In this document: positions 37,650 through 50,317 of the stretch, one piece after another
How positions within the stretch are numbered: position 1 is the first letter of the stretch
Layout: each line of letters starts with the position of its first letter
DNA from: Heteronotia binoei
Taxonomy: Eukaryota
Assembly: GCF_032191835.1 (NCBI RefSeq)
Contig: NC_083236.1
Span: 15,934,001 to 15,998,000 of the forward strand
Direction of reading: 5' to 3'
Length of the DNA stretch: 64,000 nt
Program-made: the position numbers and the translations under genes
Notes under the pieces: generated by a model
The model's database searches: none
What the model was told of the DNA's origin: nothing
What the model saw: the letters and a program-made list of their open reading frames with translations, nothing else

Positions 37650-37995
37650 TGTGTCCATTACAGGGTACCAGGCTTTAGGGCAACTGGAAGGGGTTCAGAA
37701 GAGAGCAGGAAAGATGGACAAAGGAGTCTGGAAACATGCTGAGGAAAGTTTGAAGGCACTGGATCTGCTTAGCTTGGAAAATGGAGATTATAATCACCTT
37801 CAAATACCTGGTGTGTGTACTCTGCTGTTCCAGAGGACACAGACAGCTCTTATGGATTGAAGTTACAGAAAGATGGATTGCAACTGTACATTAGGAGAAA
37901 CATCCTAATGGCAGCAGCAGCTCAACATAGAGCCAGTTAGCAAAATGTCTAGGCCAGGTCTGGTGTGCTAAAGGCCTTCAAGCAGAGGCTGAAGC
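37650..37995 (+). mobile_element. Old CR1 3' fragment
   Basis: QLEGVQKRAGKMDKG...EESLKALDLLSLE resembles CR1 LERVQRRATKM.GL...YEERL.ELGLFSLE. Confidence 0.7.
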
Positions 37996-38310
37996 CATCC
38001 ATAGGAATCCTTTGGGCTCTCTGCATTGTGCAAGGTTTGAAAAAGATGGCATATTGAATGCCTTGCAACATGAAGACACTATTAAATAAAGCACAGAAAG
38101 CAATATTGTTACATATATCATAATGCTGTTTATGTAGAATTCTGTCTAATCTGGACAACACTGTTAGGATTTTTAAAAATATCAGGTTATCATCATAAAT
38201 ATAATTTGCTAACTTTGTCTTGAACACTTTTTTAATAAATAAAAAGAAGAATTTGATAAAGGAAAACAGATGACTATGTTAGGTAAGTATGATCTGTAAT
38301 TTTTAGTTGA

Positions 38311-38335
38311 GTCTCTGGGTGTCGCTGTTCACCAA
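38311..38335 (+). promoter_or_regulatory. CSE of gene 6
   Basis: gtctctgggtgtcgctgttcaccaa; CGCT at 38323-38326. Confidence 0.85.
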
Positions 38336-38542
38336 TAAGGAAACAATTTCTTCTAAAAGATCCAGCTAAGGAAGCACTGCCATTGAAGAAAAAAGAACAA
38401 AATAGCAGCGAGATTAGGCTTGAACTGATGTTATAGGGAATGAAACAAACACATTTATTTTAAAAACAAGCCAGAGAGGACCTCCTCCTTTTCTTGGATT
38501 TAGAACCAGAAGAACAAGAATCCCTTACCTTGCTGCAAGGAG

Positions 38543-40933
38543 ATGGGAGAAACACAGAAGCAATGGAGCAGCATCAACAAAGGCACCCTGCAATACCTAA
38601 TCGTGCTCTTCGTGTGGAAAGTAGTTTCTGGGCAGATTAGCTATTCCATTCCTGAAGAGATGCAGAAAGGCTCCTTTGTGGGGAATATTGCAAAGGATCT
38701 AGGATTAGATGGAAAGCATCTCTCAGAACATGGACTCCGGATCATTACCAAGCCAGGTATGATTCAGTATTTTGCTTTGAATTTCAACAGTGGCATTTTA
38801 CAAACTTCGGAGAGAATAGACAGAGAAGCAATCTGTGGACAGGCAGAGAAGTGCACCTTAAATTTTCAGGTTATTATGGAGAGGAAATTAAAGATGTATG
38901 GAATAGAAGTGGAAATTACAGATGTCAATGATAATGATCCTGAGTTCCATCCATGGGAACAGGAGCTTGAAATCAGTGAGACATCTACATTGGGATCCAA
39001 TTTTGACCTTCCTCGAGCTGAAGATCCAGATCTGGGTATCAATTCAATACACAGGTACAAACTTACAGGGAGCAATCATTTTTCTTTGCAAGTCCAAATA
39101 GATGAAAACGGCATTAGACGTGCTGAATTGGTATTGGATAAACCTTTGGACAGGGAGGAGCAATCTGTTCATGATCTAATCCTCACAGCTTTTGATGGGG
39201 GAGATCCAGTGAGATCCGGCACTGCTCAAATCCACGTAATTGTTCTAGATGCCAATGACAATGCTCCAGTTTTCAGCCAACCTATTTATGAAGCAACTGT
39301 CATGGAAAATATTCCTAAAGGGTCGACAATAGTTGCAGTAAGAGCAGTTGATCTAGATGAAGGAATTAATGGGGAGATAAAATACACTTTTCAAACACCA
39401 AGGAAACGTAACTCTCAAACATTCCTCCTTAACTCTACAACAGGTGAAATAACTGTTGGAGGAAATGTTGATTATGAAGAATCTTCCTTGTATGAATTTG
39501 AGATACAAGCTAAAGATGGGGGAGGCCTGAGTGATAGATCAAAAGTTGTGATTTTCGTTATGGACTTGAATGACCATGCACCTGAATCAGAGGTATCCTA
39601 TCTCACCAATGACATCCTTGAGGACTCACCAGTTGGAACTGTTGTTGCCATTCTTAATGTGCAAGATAGTGACTCCGGAAGTAATGGGGAAGTCACCTGC
39701 TCAATAGATCCAGACCTCCCTTTTCAGCTGAAAGGATCCATGGATAACTTTTACAGTTTGGTGACAGACAATGTCCTGGATAGAGAGAAAGTGGCATCCT
39801 ACAGTATCACCCTCACTGCTGCTGACCATGGGATTCCTCCTCTTTCTACAACCACTGTGATAGCTGTAAGCCTTTTAGACACAAATGACAACCCTCCCCT
39901 GTTTGCAGAATCAACCTATACATCTTATCTCCTGGAGAATAATTTGAGAGGAGCCTCCATCTTTTCCTTTAAAGCAGATGATCCTGATTGGGAAGAGAAT
40001 TCCAGAATAACATATTCCATTATTGGTGGACATGATCAATTCCCTCTCTCATCTTACCTCTCCATTCATTCTGAAACTGGTGTTGTCTATGCACTGAGCT
40101 CTTTTGATTATGAAGAGTTGCGGGAGATCAGTTTCTGTGTTAAGGCCCAAGATGGAGGATCCCCATCACTCAGCTCCAATGTTTCAGTGACTCTGTTCAT
40201 TCTGGATCAGAATGATAATACCCCAGAAATCTTGTACCCTTCTACTCCCACCGATGGCTCCACTGGAGTAGAGCTGGCCCCCCACTCTTCTGAGCCTGGA
40301 TATCTGGTCACTAAGGTGGTGGCAGTGGATGCGGATTCTGGCCAGAATGCCTGGCTGTCCTATCAGTTACTGAAGGCCACAGAGCCAGGGCTCTTCTCCA
40401 TAGGCCTCCACACTGGAGAGATCAGGACAGCCCGTTTCTTTCTGGACAAGGATGCTCTCAAGCAAAGCCTGGTGGTTTTGGTGAAGGACAATGGGCAGCC
40501 CCCTCTCTCTGCCTCAGTCACGGTCACTGTGGTGCTGGCCGACAGCATCCCTGAAAGCCTCTCTGATATTAGCAGCATCTCAGCTCCTGTAGATTCCCAG
40601 TCAGACCTCACCTTCTACCTGGTGGTTGCTGTGGCTTTTGTCTCCTGCTTGTTTTTTACGTTCCTCCTTGTGTTGCTAGCCACCAGAGTGTACCGATGGA
40701 GAACTTCACAACTGTGTGATTCTGGGAGTGTGACTTTCAGTGGAGTCCCAGTTTCACAGTTTGTGGGGATTGACGGTGTGAGAGCATTTCTTCACTCTTA
40801 TTGCCAAGAAGTTTCTCTCACTAGAGACTCTAGGAAAAACCAGTTTAGTAGCCAACAACAGACCTGTGACACAAATGATCCTATTCTAACTTTTGAAGAT
40901 TTAAATTTTAACAATGGAGACCAGATAGTCCAG
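38543..40933 (+). CDS. PCDHGA-like: Protocadherin gammaA-like variable exon 6 (797 codons; twin of gene 8)
   Basis: Full ORF; donor CAG|gtgagt at 40934. Confidence 0.95.
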
Positions 40934-41134
40934 GTGAGTTGATGAATGTGATGTTTCACATTGTATCTGTATTTATAAATCTTGTCGGGCATTTCCCATT
41001 GGACTATTCTGGTAGATATTTTGAAGGGGAATTAGGTGTCTCAGTATTTCTTATTTCTTTGCTGGGTTCTTTGACTTAGTTTTGGAGATTCATTAGTGAA
41101 ACCGCACTTGTTTCATAATATACCTCTGTTTTAA

Positions 41135-41595
41135 TATACATCTGTTGACTGTACCTGGCCTGAAGGATGTTCAACTTGCCTCAAACAGGGCCAGGTACGG
41201 TCAACAGGCCTTGACCCCGACCTGCTGAAATCAGCTCCCTATGGAGATCCAGGCCTCACTGAATTATTATCTTTTTGCAGGGCCTGCAAAATGGAGTTAT
41301 TCCACCAGGCCTTTGGTTGAGGCAGTGTGCGTCCTATTCCATCAACTGTCCTCTATGCAATGATATCATTTCTGCTATGTTACCATCATTTATTTTAATT
41401 ACAATCACAGACCTCAGGAAGTTGCAAATGTATTTAATCATGCCACCATCCACAATGTAGTATACATATTTTTGTTTTAACTGTATTTTACCTGTTTTAA
41501 TTGTACAATCTAAATTGTTATTTAATATGATGTTATCTGCCCTGAGCCCATTCTGGGAAAGGGCGAAATACAAATCATCTAAATAAATAAATAAA
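41135..41595 (+). mobile_element. L2 3' end with (taaa)n tail
   Basis: gggcctgcaaaatggagttattccaccaggcctttgg ... ctgccctgagcccattctgggaaagggcgaaata ... aaataaataaataaa. Confidence 0.65.
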
Positions 41596-42239
41596 TATTC
41601 AGCATCACTTACCTGATAACCACCTAGGGCGCAGTTTATTTAATGCATATCTTCATCTTGATATCTGATTGGTAAGAAGGGTGGCATCCTAAGAAATAGC
41701 ACATACACTGAGGTTTTTGAATCTTTTCTTCCTGCTCCAAGAATGATGAGTAACTTTTTCAAATAACTTCAAGGAACTTTATATTTTTGTCACATTGCAG
41801 TGTTCTCAAAGCAAACCATGTCTATTAGCTTATCAAAATCCTTAGTGAGTTACAAAGTAGATCTGTTTTATTTCTCTGTGTTGCAGGAAGGTGGCTTGTC
41901 AAAGACCAACTATTACGATAATAGCAAAGACAATGTTAATACTAAGCACATGGTATTTTAGCTGATATTTCACACCATTTCTTAATATTTACCTGACATG
42001 GTTGAATATATTTCTTTTATGTGCTTTTTAGCTTTAAATTCACGAACTGTGTTGGCAGAGTTTAGTGGAATGTAGCATAAGGGGGCAGAGTCGTCAACTT
42101 CTTAATTAGTGCAACTGAAGCAGACACCAAAGAGCAGTCCAGAACACAAATAGTTTTCACCGTGGACTCACCTTCCAGAGAAAATGAAATCAAGAGGAAA
42201 GTGGTTTTACACAGAGAAACATAATGAACTGAATGAGGG

Positions 42240-42900
42240 CCAGTAAACTGAAATCAATCCAGATGAGGTGATGCTGATTGGTAATAAACCAAATAAGAAT
42301 CTTTAGAGTAAATCTGTATTGGACATGGGTGCACTTTGCCTTCAGAAGCAGGCTTACAATTTAGGGTTTTGCTATATCTGAACCTAGAGAAGGAAACCCA
42401 GAATTTCTTTGGGGCATGTGGCACCTTTAACCAGCTTCAGATGGCAGGCCAGTCCTGACCTTTTCTTGAGAGATATGATTTGGCCTTTTATCGATGCACT
42501 GGTTACTTCAGTGCAGTTTGCATGGGGATGTTTTCAGAGACTCTTCATAAGTCTGAATAGGTTCAAAATGTAGCAGTAAGGCAGCTAGCAAGAGTCAATC
42601 AAACAAATCACATCTGATCCATTTGCCAGTGTCATAGTCTGAAACAACATCGTCTGCAGGACCATCTTCTCCCACATGAGCCTGCATATCAATTAAGATC
42701 CTGTTCAGGAACTGTATTCTGAGTGCCCCCAATAGAAGGATTAAAGAGAGTGAACACCACAGAGAGGTCTTATTCTGGCCTGTCGCCAAGGTTAGGTAAC
42801 TCCTTGTGCACACATAATCTCCTGTCACCAGATGTGCAACCATTTAGACACTGGTTGAAAACATATTTCCCCCCAAGCCTTTTCATAATTGATACTTTTC
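42240..42900 (+). mobile_element. Old L2 fragment; a positionally equivalent remnant lies at about 56180-56760
   Basis: Decayed L2 RT C-terminal/3' motifs (gaggtgatgctgattgg, gttcaaaatgtagcagtaaggcagcta, ggtaactcctt..., tggttgaaaacatatt). Confidence 0.5.
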
Positions 42901-43524
42901 TCTCTTCATAAGGCAGTTTTTAATAATTTTACTCTGGTTCTTTCATGTGTAAGATAGTTTGATGTCCACTTTTCTCCATGTGTGCATTCATTATTTAAAA
43001 ATTTGTAAGCTGAACACATTTTTCTGGAGAAGCATGTTAAACATAACAGCAATGAACTCAAAGACACCTGTCACAATCTCATTGGAAAAGCAAACTAATC
43101 CTGTGATACTAATCCTATGGGTTGTACCTAATAACCTTTTTAAACAAACTGCTGTTTCCGCATGTATTTTTGGCATGTTGTGAGTATAGCAATTCTAATT
43201 TTCTCACCTAATGCGATGCTCCCCTTTGTTTATTTTGAAATTTAATAGAAACACCATATTGAAAAGAAATTCAAAAGGCATACGTTTTCCACTCTGCATT
43301 GCAGCCAACATACTGGCAAACAGTTTTAAAATACAGATGAAATGTATAGAGGAAAATTACATAAGATGTTTAAAATTATATGTAAAATTATATGGATGTA
43401 TTTTTAATTATTAAAAAAAACCATAGGAATGCTTCTAAAATATATACTTCTTGAAAAGTTTCTATTTGGGGGAATAAATGTTAATCAGAGAAGAAAGAAC
43501 AAGGAAGAGCTGTTCTCCCAGTAA

Positions 43525-43548
43525 ACTTAGAGTGTCGCTGTTGGACAA
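43525..43548 (+). promoter_or_regulatory. CSE of gene 7 (gammaB type)
   Basis: acttagagtgtcgctgttggacaa; CGCT at 43536-43539. Confidence 0.85.
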
Positions 43549-43726
43549 GATGGGAATTATACTGGATCAGTAGTTGAGGCTCCTGCAGTATTAACTGTCT
43601 GTCTAGAAGAGGAAAGAAGAGGGAGACTGCTTTCTTTTAAAAGCTCCTCCAAAGCTGAAATCCTCTTCCTTTCTCAGGAGCCATCAGGTAATAAGAACTA
43701 CATTTCAAGTAGCTTATTGCAAAGGG

Positions 43727-46183
43727 ATGGAATGTTTGCAAATACTAGAATCTGGAAAGGCTGCTCTGAAAATGAGGGTGATGGAAATTAGACATGCAGA
43801 GAGCACAAGGGAGAACAAGAGGCAAGTACTCTTTTTGTGCATGTCTTTTTTCTGTCGGGTGGGGTCTGAGCAGGTTCGCTATTCAATTCTTGAAGAAACA
43901 GAAAAGGGATCAGTTGTGGGGAATCTTCCCAAAGATTTGGGATTGGATGCAAAAGAGCTATCAAAACGCAAGATCAGTATTTCTTCAGAAAAGCCATATT
44001 TCACTCTTAATGAACAAACTGGCAACCTGTATGTGAATGAAAGGATAGACCGGGAAGAAATTTGTGGGACATCACCCTCTTGTGTCCTAAGATTAGAGGC
44101 TGTTGTGCATAACCCTATGAATATTTTCCATATACATGTTTTCATTGATGATATCAATGACAATGCCCCCCATTTCCTAAAAGAAAATATTTTACTTGAA
44201 GTGAGTGAATCAAATTTGCCGGGAGCTCGGTTTTCCTTGGGAAATGCTGAAGATGATGACATTGGGATCAACTCTCTCCAGACTTACCAGTTGAGCTCAA
44301 CTCCTTATTTCAAACTAGATGTTAAAGAGAGTGAAGATGGTGATAAGTATGCAGACTTAATACTGCTGAAACAACTGGACAGGGAGAAAGAACACACACT
44401 CCACTTGGTCCTTACAGCTCTGGATGGGGGTGAGCCAGCAAAAACTGGGACCACCAACATTGTGGTAACAGTGACTGATAATAATGACAATACACCTATT
44501 TTTACCCAGGACGTCTATAAGGTAAGCTTGAATGAAAATTCACCCAAAGGAACTTCAGTAGTGCAAGTTGAAGCTTCTGACCTCGATGAAGGATCAAATG
44601 CTGAGATTGTTTACACATTCGACAAAATCCCAGAAAGGGCCAAGCAGAAATTCAACTTGAATCCCCATGATGGAACAATTACACTTAAAGAGATTATTGA
44701 TTTTGAGGAAAGACAAAGTTATGTGATGATTATACAGGCCAGAGATGGAGGTGGTTTAGTGGCATATTGCAAAGTGGAGATTCTGATTCTTGATGTTAAT
44801 GACAGTCCTCCAGAAGTGGTACTTACTTCTGTATCCAGTACAGTTCCTGAAGACTCCATGCCTGGAACTGTTATTGCTTTGCTGAAGGTTCATGACCCAG
44901 ATTCTGGGGAGAACGGGGAAGTCACTTGCCATCTCACAGACCGTGTACCTTTCCAGATAGTTTCATCTTCAGATAGTTATTTCAAACTTCTCACAGATAG
45001 TTATCTTGATAGAGAAAGGACTCCAGAATATAATATTACAATCACAGCCACAGACAAGGGCATCCCTCCTCTCTCCTCATACAAAACCATCTCTCTACAG
45101 ATCTCAGATATCAATGATAACTCTCCAGTCTTTGAAATGCCCTCCTATACTGCTTACGTGCCAGAGAACAACCCTTCCGGATCTTCCATTTTCAGTGTCA
45201 AGGCCTCTGACCCAGATGAGGATCGCAATGCACAAATCACTTACTCCATCCTCAAGAGCAACATTGAGGACCTGCCTCTTCCCTCCTACGTCTCTATTAA
45301 TTCTGAGACCGGCACCATTTATGCACAGCGCTCCTTTGACTATGAGCAATTCAGAGAGTTTCAGATTCAGGTGCGGGCCCAAGATGGAGGCTCCCCACCC
45401 CTCAATAGCAGCGCCATAGTGACAGTATGTATTCTGGATCGGAATGATAATACTCCGCAGATCCTCTACCCTTCCCAAGGAACTGAAAGTTCCTCTTTGT
45501 TTGAGATGGTGCCTCGGACGGCTGAATCCGGTTATCTGGTGACCAAAGTGGTGGCAGTGGATGCTGACTCCGGACACAATGCGTGGCTCTCTTTCCACCT
45601 GCTGCAGGCCACGGAGCCCTCTCTTTTCACCATTGGGTCCCACACAGGAGAGATTAAAACAGCCCGAGCATTACTGGAGAGAGAAGCTGTGAAGCAGAGG
45701 CTGGTTATTATGGTGAAGGACAACGGACAATCCCCTCTCTCAGCAACTGTGACTCTGAATCTTGTTTTTGCTGAGAACTTCCAAGAAGCACTTCCAGAAA
45801 TGAACACTCAACCCAGTGATTCAGACTCTCAGTCTGATCTCCAGTTTTATTTGGTTCTGGCCTTGGCCTTGTTGTCCTTCCTATTCCTTGTGACAGTAAC
45901 ACTGATCATTATGATGAAACTCCGACAGTCAAGGAACCCCACCTTTCTCCAGTGCTTTATTCCTGATGCGAAAACTGGTGCCATTTACCCTCCCAATTAT
46001 GACGATGGGACTTTGCCATATTCATACCAGGTCTGCTTATCTTCTGAATCTAGGAGAAATGATTTAACTTTCCTGCAGCCCACTGTCCAAATAGCAGAGA
46101 ATATCCTCAGCAGTTTAAACTCCAATAATCCTTCAATATTTAATGGAAAAAAACATTTAGATGGTGAGGCACACGAGGACATG
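43727..46183 (+). CDS. PCDHGB-like: Protocadherin gammaB-like variable exon 7 (819 codons from the first ATG; alternative ATGs at 43772 and 43781)
   Basis: gammaB hallmarks [11 protein letters not shown] (TM), GHNAWLS and [13 protein letters not shown]. Donor ATG|gtgagt at 46184. Confidence 0.93.
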
Positions 46184-46959
46184 GTGAGTTTATTTCCTTT
46201 TCTTTATAACTTGTGTATAATACCTTATATATGGCAAATATTTTATTGTTGCAGAAACACTAAGGGGAAAGAGTATCAATGAGCTCAGCTTTGATTATTC
46301 AATGACATGGAAATATGATATAAAGTAAAATTTGTAGCTTACTTTCTTGGAATAATGGTTTGAGTACAGATGCTTCTACAATGAGTATGAATCTTGGCTT
46401 GATACTTGAGATCTGTTTGAACATTTGATATTACTCCATCTCATATTTTCTCACTGCTAATTTTTGGACATATATGTAATATTCCCAGAAAAAATTGTTG
46501 TTATGTACCCTATGTTCTCAGTTAAGTCCATAGCCGCAGTTCTGTACATATTTGCTGTGGAGTCCCATTGAATTCAGTTGGTGAGTTGCATCAAACTGCA
46601 CATCTTTCTTCATTTTGCCAAATGGCTGGCATCACTTTTTGTAAGTTGTAGAAAAATTATGGGAGAGGTGGTACTCTCACTGGCAAAACAAAATGATGAG
46701 TGATACTGAAAATGCATTGACAGTGTATGGTCAATAACAAAAGCCCACTGTCTTTTAAAGTCTGTTGTCCAGTTAAGAGTGTAAGGAGCAGAAAAGCACT
46801 CCAATGGCGGTGTAATGCACTGAGTGAGGTCATTTCAGCTACTTCTACAAAAATCCAAAAAGCTGCTGTGTGTGACAAGAGAGGAAAGTTGTTTATTTTA
46901 GAGATGCCACTCTTTGTTCATTGCACCATTTGTTTCAGCTTTTACAAAGTTCCTAAACC

Positions 46960-48388
46960 CAGGGTTGCCAACCTCCAGGTAACGGGGCAGGGTGAAGAAC
47001 TCCTGGAATTAAAAGTCATCTCCAGATGTTGTTTACCTTGACTTCCAGAAAGCTTTTGATAAAGTTCCTCATCAAAGGCTCCTTAGAAAGCTTGAGAGTC
47101 ATGGAGTAAAAGGACAGGTCCTCTTGTGGATCAAAAACTGGCTGAGTAATAGGAAGCAGAGAGTGAGTATAAATGGGCAGTCTTCGCAATGGAGGACGGT
47201 AAGCAGTGGGGTGCCGCAGGGCTCGGTACTGGGTCCCATGCTCTTTAACTTGTTCATAAATGATTTAGAGTTGGGAGTGAGCAGTGAAGTGGCCAAGTTT
47301 GCGGATGACACTAAATTGTTCAGGGTGGTGAGAACCAGAGAGGATTGTGAGGAACTCCAAAGGGATCTGTTGAGGCTGGGTGAGTGGGCGTCAACGTGGC
47401 AGATGTGGTTCAATGTGGCCAAGTGCAAAGTAATGCACATTGGGGCCAAGAATCCCAGCTACAAATACAAGTTGATGGGGTGTGAACTGGCAGAGACTGA
47501 CCAAGAGAGAGATCTTGGGGTCATGCTAGATAACTCACTGAAAATGTCAAGACAGTGTGCGTTTGCAATAAAAAAGGCCAACGCCATGCTGGGAATTATT
47601 AGGAAGGGAATTGAAAACAAATCAGCCAGTATCATAATGCCCTTGTATAAATCGATGGTGCGGTCTCATTTGGAGTACTGTGTGCAGTTCTGGTCGCCGC
47701 ACCTCAAAAAGGATATTATAGCATTGGAGAAAGTCCAGAGAAGGGCAACTAGAATGATTAAAGGGCTGGAGCACTTTCCCTATGAAGAAAGGTTGAAACG
47801 CTTGGGACTCTTTAGCTTGGAGAAACGTCGACTGCGGGGTGACATGATAGAGGTTTACAAGATAATGCATGGGATGGAGAAAGTAGAGAAAGAAGTACTT
47901 TTCTCCCTTTCTCACAATACAAGAACTCGTGGGCATTCGATGAAATTGCTGAGCAGACAGGTTAAAACGGATAAAAGGAAGTACTTCTTCACCCAAAGGG
48001 TGATTAACATGTGGAATTCACTGCCACAGGAGGTGGTGGCGGCCACAAGTATATCCACCTTCAAGAAGGGTTTAGATAAAAATATGGAGCACAGGTCCAT
48101 CAGTGGCTATTAGCCACAGTGTATGTGTGTATATAAATTTTTTTACCACTGTGTGACAGAGTGTTGGACTTGATGGGCCGTTGGCCTGATCCAACATGGC
48201 TTCTCTTATGTTCTTATGATGACAGCGATCAGCTCCCCTGCAAAAAAGAGAGAGAGAGAGAGACTGTTTTGGAGGGTGTTTATAGCAATATACCCCACTG
48301 AAGTCACACCCCTTCCCAAACTTCACCCTTTCCAGTCTCCACCACAACAGGTCTTCAGGAATTTCCTGACTCAGAGTTGGCAACCCCA
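46960..48388. mobile_element. TAGGGTTGCCA-family MITE split by a CR1 insertion
   Basis: Left half cagggttgccaacctccagg...ctccagatg (46960-47028); right half atgacagcgatcagctcccctg...gagttggcaacccc (48219-48388). Confidence 0.8.
47025..48218 (+). mobile_element. Young 5'-truncated CR1 LINE: uninterrupted RT C-terminal frame 47025-48113 plus 3' UTR
   Basis: The frame starts DVVYLDFQKAFDKVPHQRLL, contains GVPQGSVLGP and KFADDTKL, and has no stops over 363 codons. The 3' end has the (ttcttatg)n tail. Not a host gene. Confidence 0.95.
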
Positions 48389-49790
48389 TGTCATAATTAG
48401 GTATTGTGCTACAAAAGTTTTAGTGCAGATTATCCTTACTACTTCCTTTATGTAAATAGTATTATTGGATCTGAGTCCCTGGTTATGAAGGTGGAAGACC
48501 TGCACCCTTTATTTTGAACCACATTCATTTATACTCTGTTGGTATCATTTCCAGTTGGCTTGAACACAATAACGTTAATACTATTTAGTATTCCAGAACA
48601 AACATACTGTATAGGTAAATAAGGTACTAACATTATAGAGTTACAATGACTGTTATGTCATTTCTTTTTCTATTCTTTTTGTTAAAAGGACCTGTACTTT
48701 TTAAAAATTTAGGCCACAATCCACCCTCTCTACCGCAGAAGACAAAATACATTTCATGTGATTCCATGCGTGAATGACTGGTAATGGAGAGGGGGAAGAA
48801 AGCACCCTACAACTGTCCTTTCGTTTCATTATCATAAGAGGGAAAGAGTCTAACTTCTTTTAATATATTGTGAGATCCTATGCTTTCAATACATAAATAC
48901 TTTTAATATATTGTAAGAGCTTTATGAATGACTTCACATTTGTGTCTCAACAATTCAATATACGGTACCTGATTACAAATGTGTGAATATATCTGACTGA
49001 AATGTATTATGTTCTACACTGTGTAAAGTCATAAAGGTTCTCTCTCTGGTGTTGGAGCTATGTAGTAGTTCAGTTGCACATGCCCGCTGAGAGCAGTGGC
49101 TAGGATGCTTGGGCTGGGCAATGGAGCCCTACTAAGCACTGAGGTCACTTTCACACAGAGCTCTTGCTCCACTTTGCTACCTGAAATTTAGACGTTCTTC
49201 TGGGGCTTTCACATGAGTTTGTCATCCAGTCTTCCCCCTTAAGGGTTTTTCCAGCTTTGGTGAAGGTTTTCCTGAAAATGGTTTGGTAAGATTTCTCTTT
49301 AAAAAGGTACCCAAAGTGGATTTGTGGAAATGTGGAGGAGAACATGAAATGATGTACTTTCTCTTAGGAATTCAAACAGGTTATTGCAGAGATATGTCCA
49401 AATCCTTGGTGTACAAGGCTGCATCTGTATTTGTAAGTGTGGATAACAGAGAAGCTTAGGGAATTGTCATTTATTAACTGTCAAAAATTGATGAATGGCA
49501 TACAGGTTTTGGAGCACACTATATGCTTTGTAGCTTGGCGGGGTATCTGTGACAAAGATTGGGGATGGGCACAAACTGAACCATGAAGCAAAATTCATTA
49601 TGAATTTTGAAAACATTTTCATTATGAAAACAGCTCAGCAGGCAGAAAGCAATCTTACTGATCAGGTGTTCTGGGCTCTGTTGTGCAGACCTTTAGAAAG
49701 GTAGATTTAAAGGGGCTGCAAAAGGGTGTCTAATAGAGCTGAACCCACAGAGAGAAGTCTCCCTGCCAGCACAGCTTTGGGCTTTGGGAA

Positions 49791-50282
49791 TGTCTTTCAG
49801 CCTAAAGTGTCAGCTTGTATACATTGAAACATGCTTTATGGCTTGATCTGTTTATTTACTGCTAACTAACCCCATGCCTTTTGCTTTACTAACCCTGGAA
49901 CTATAGTGGAATGTGAGAAGGGCCCTGGAGGGGGAGAAGCCAAAGTGTCAACAGGCGTTTTATGTGTAAAACAACTAGCCAGTTCCCAGGCATCCTGCAG
50001 GAGTGAGCGGAGACGGACAAGGCTGTTGCAGGGGAGGAGGGATTGCTATGTCGGTGGGAGATAACAGATAGGCGCCCTGGTTTCTCTCAACAGAGAAGCC
50101 CCAGTTTTATGGTGGGAAATAAGTTAAACCCCCTATCCTTTGAAGTGTATCCATATATGCCCATGCCTGCACCCCTCTCGTTATTAGTATCAACGAACCT
50201 GTGTAGTGAAATGCATTGCTGTAATCAATAAAAAGAAACTTTGGTTTCAACAAAGACAAGCCTGCTTATTGTTGCAGCCTCA
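49791..50282 (+). mobile_element. Possible solo LTR
   Basis: TG at 49791, AATAAA near 50227, CA at 50281-50282; no TSD seen. Confidence 0.3.
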
Positions 50283-50317
50283 ATGTTCCTGCGCTGACAT
50301 TTTGATACTAATAACGA

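Noticed and set aside
39560-44806. Non-canonical calcium-linker motifs (DLNDH in genes 6 and 8, DVNDS and TDNNDN in gene 7)
   Set aside because: The last Asn of DxNDN binds Ca2+ mainly through its backbone, and DxNDH is common in clustered Pcdhs; not evidence of pseudogenisation.
46164-46169. Upstream gtgagg donor-like site in both gammaB exons (also near 60221)
   Set aside because: It is phase 1, so it would be out of frame with the phase-0 constant exon; the stronger gtgagt follows 20 nt later.
47124-48113. 329-aa ORF as a host gene
   Set aside because: It is CR1 reverse transcriptase, 5'-truncated and without its own start.
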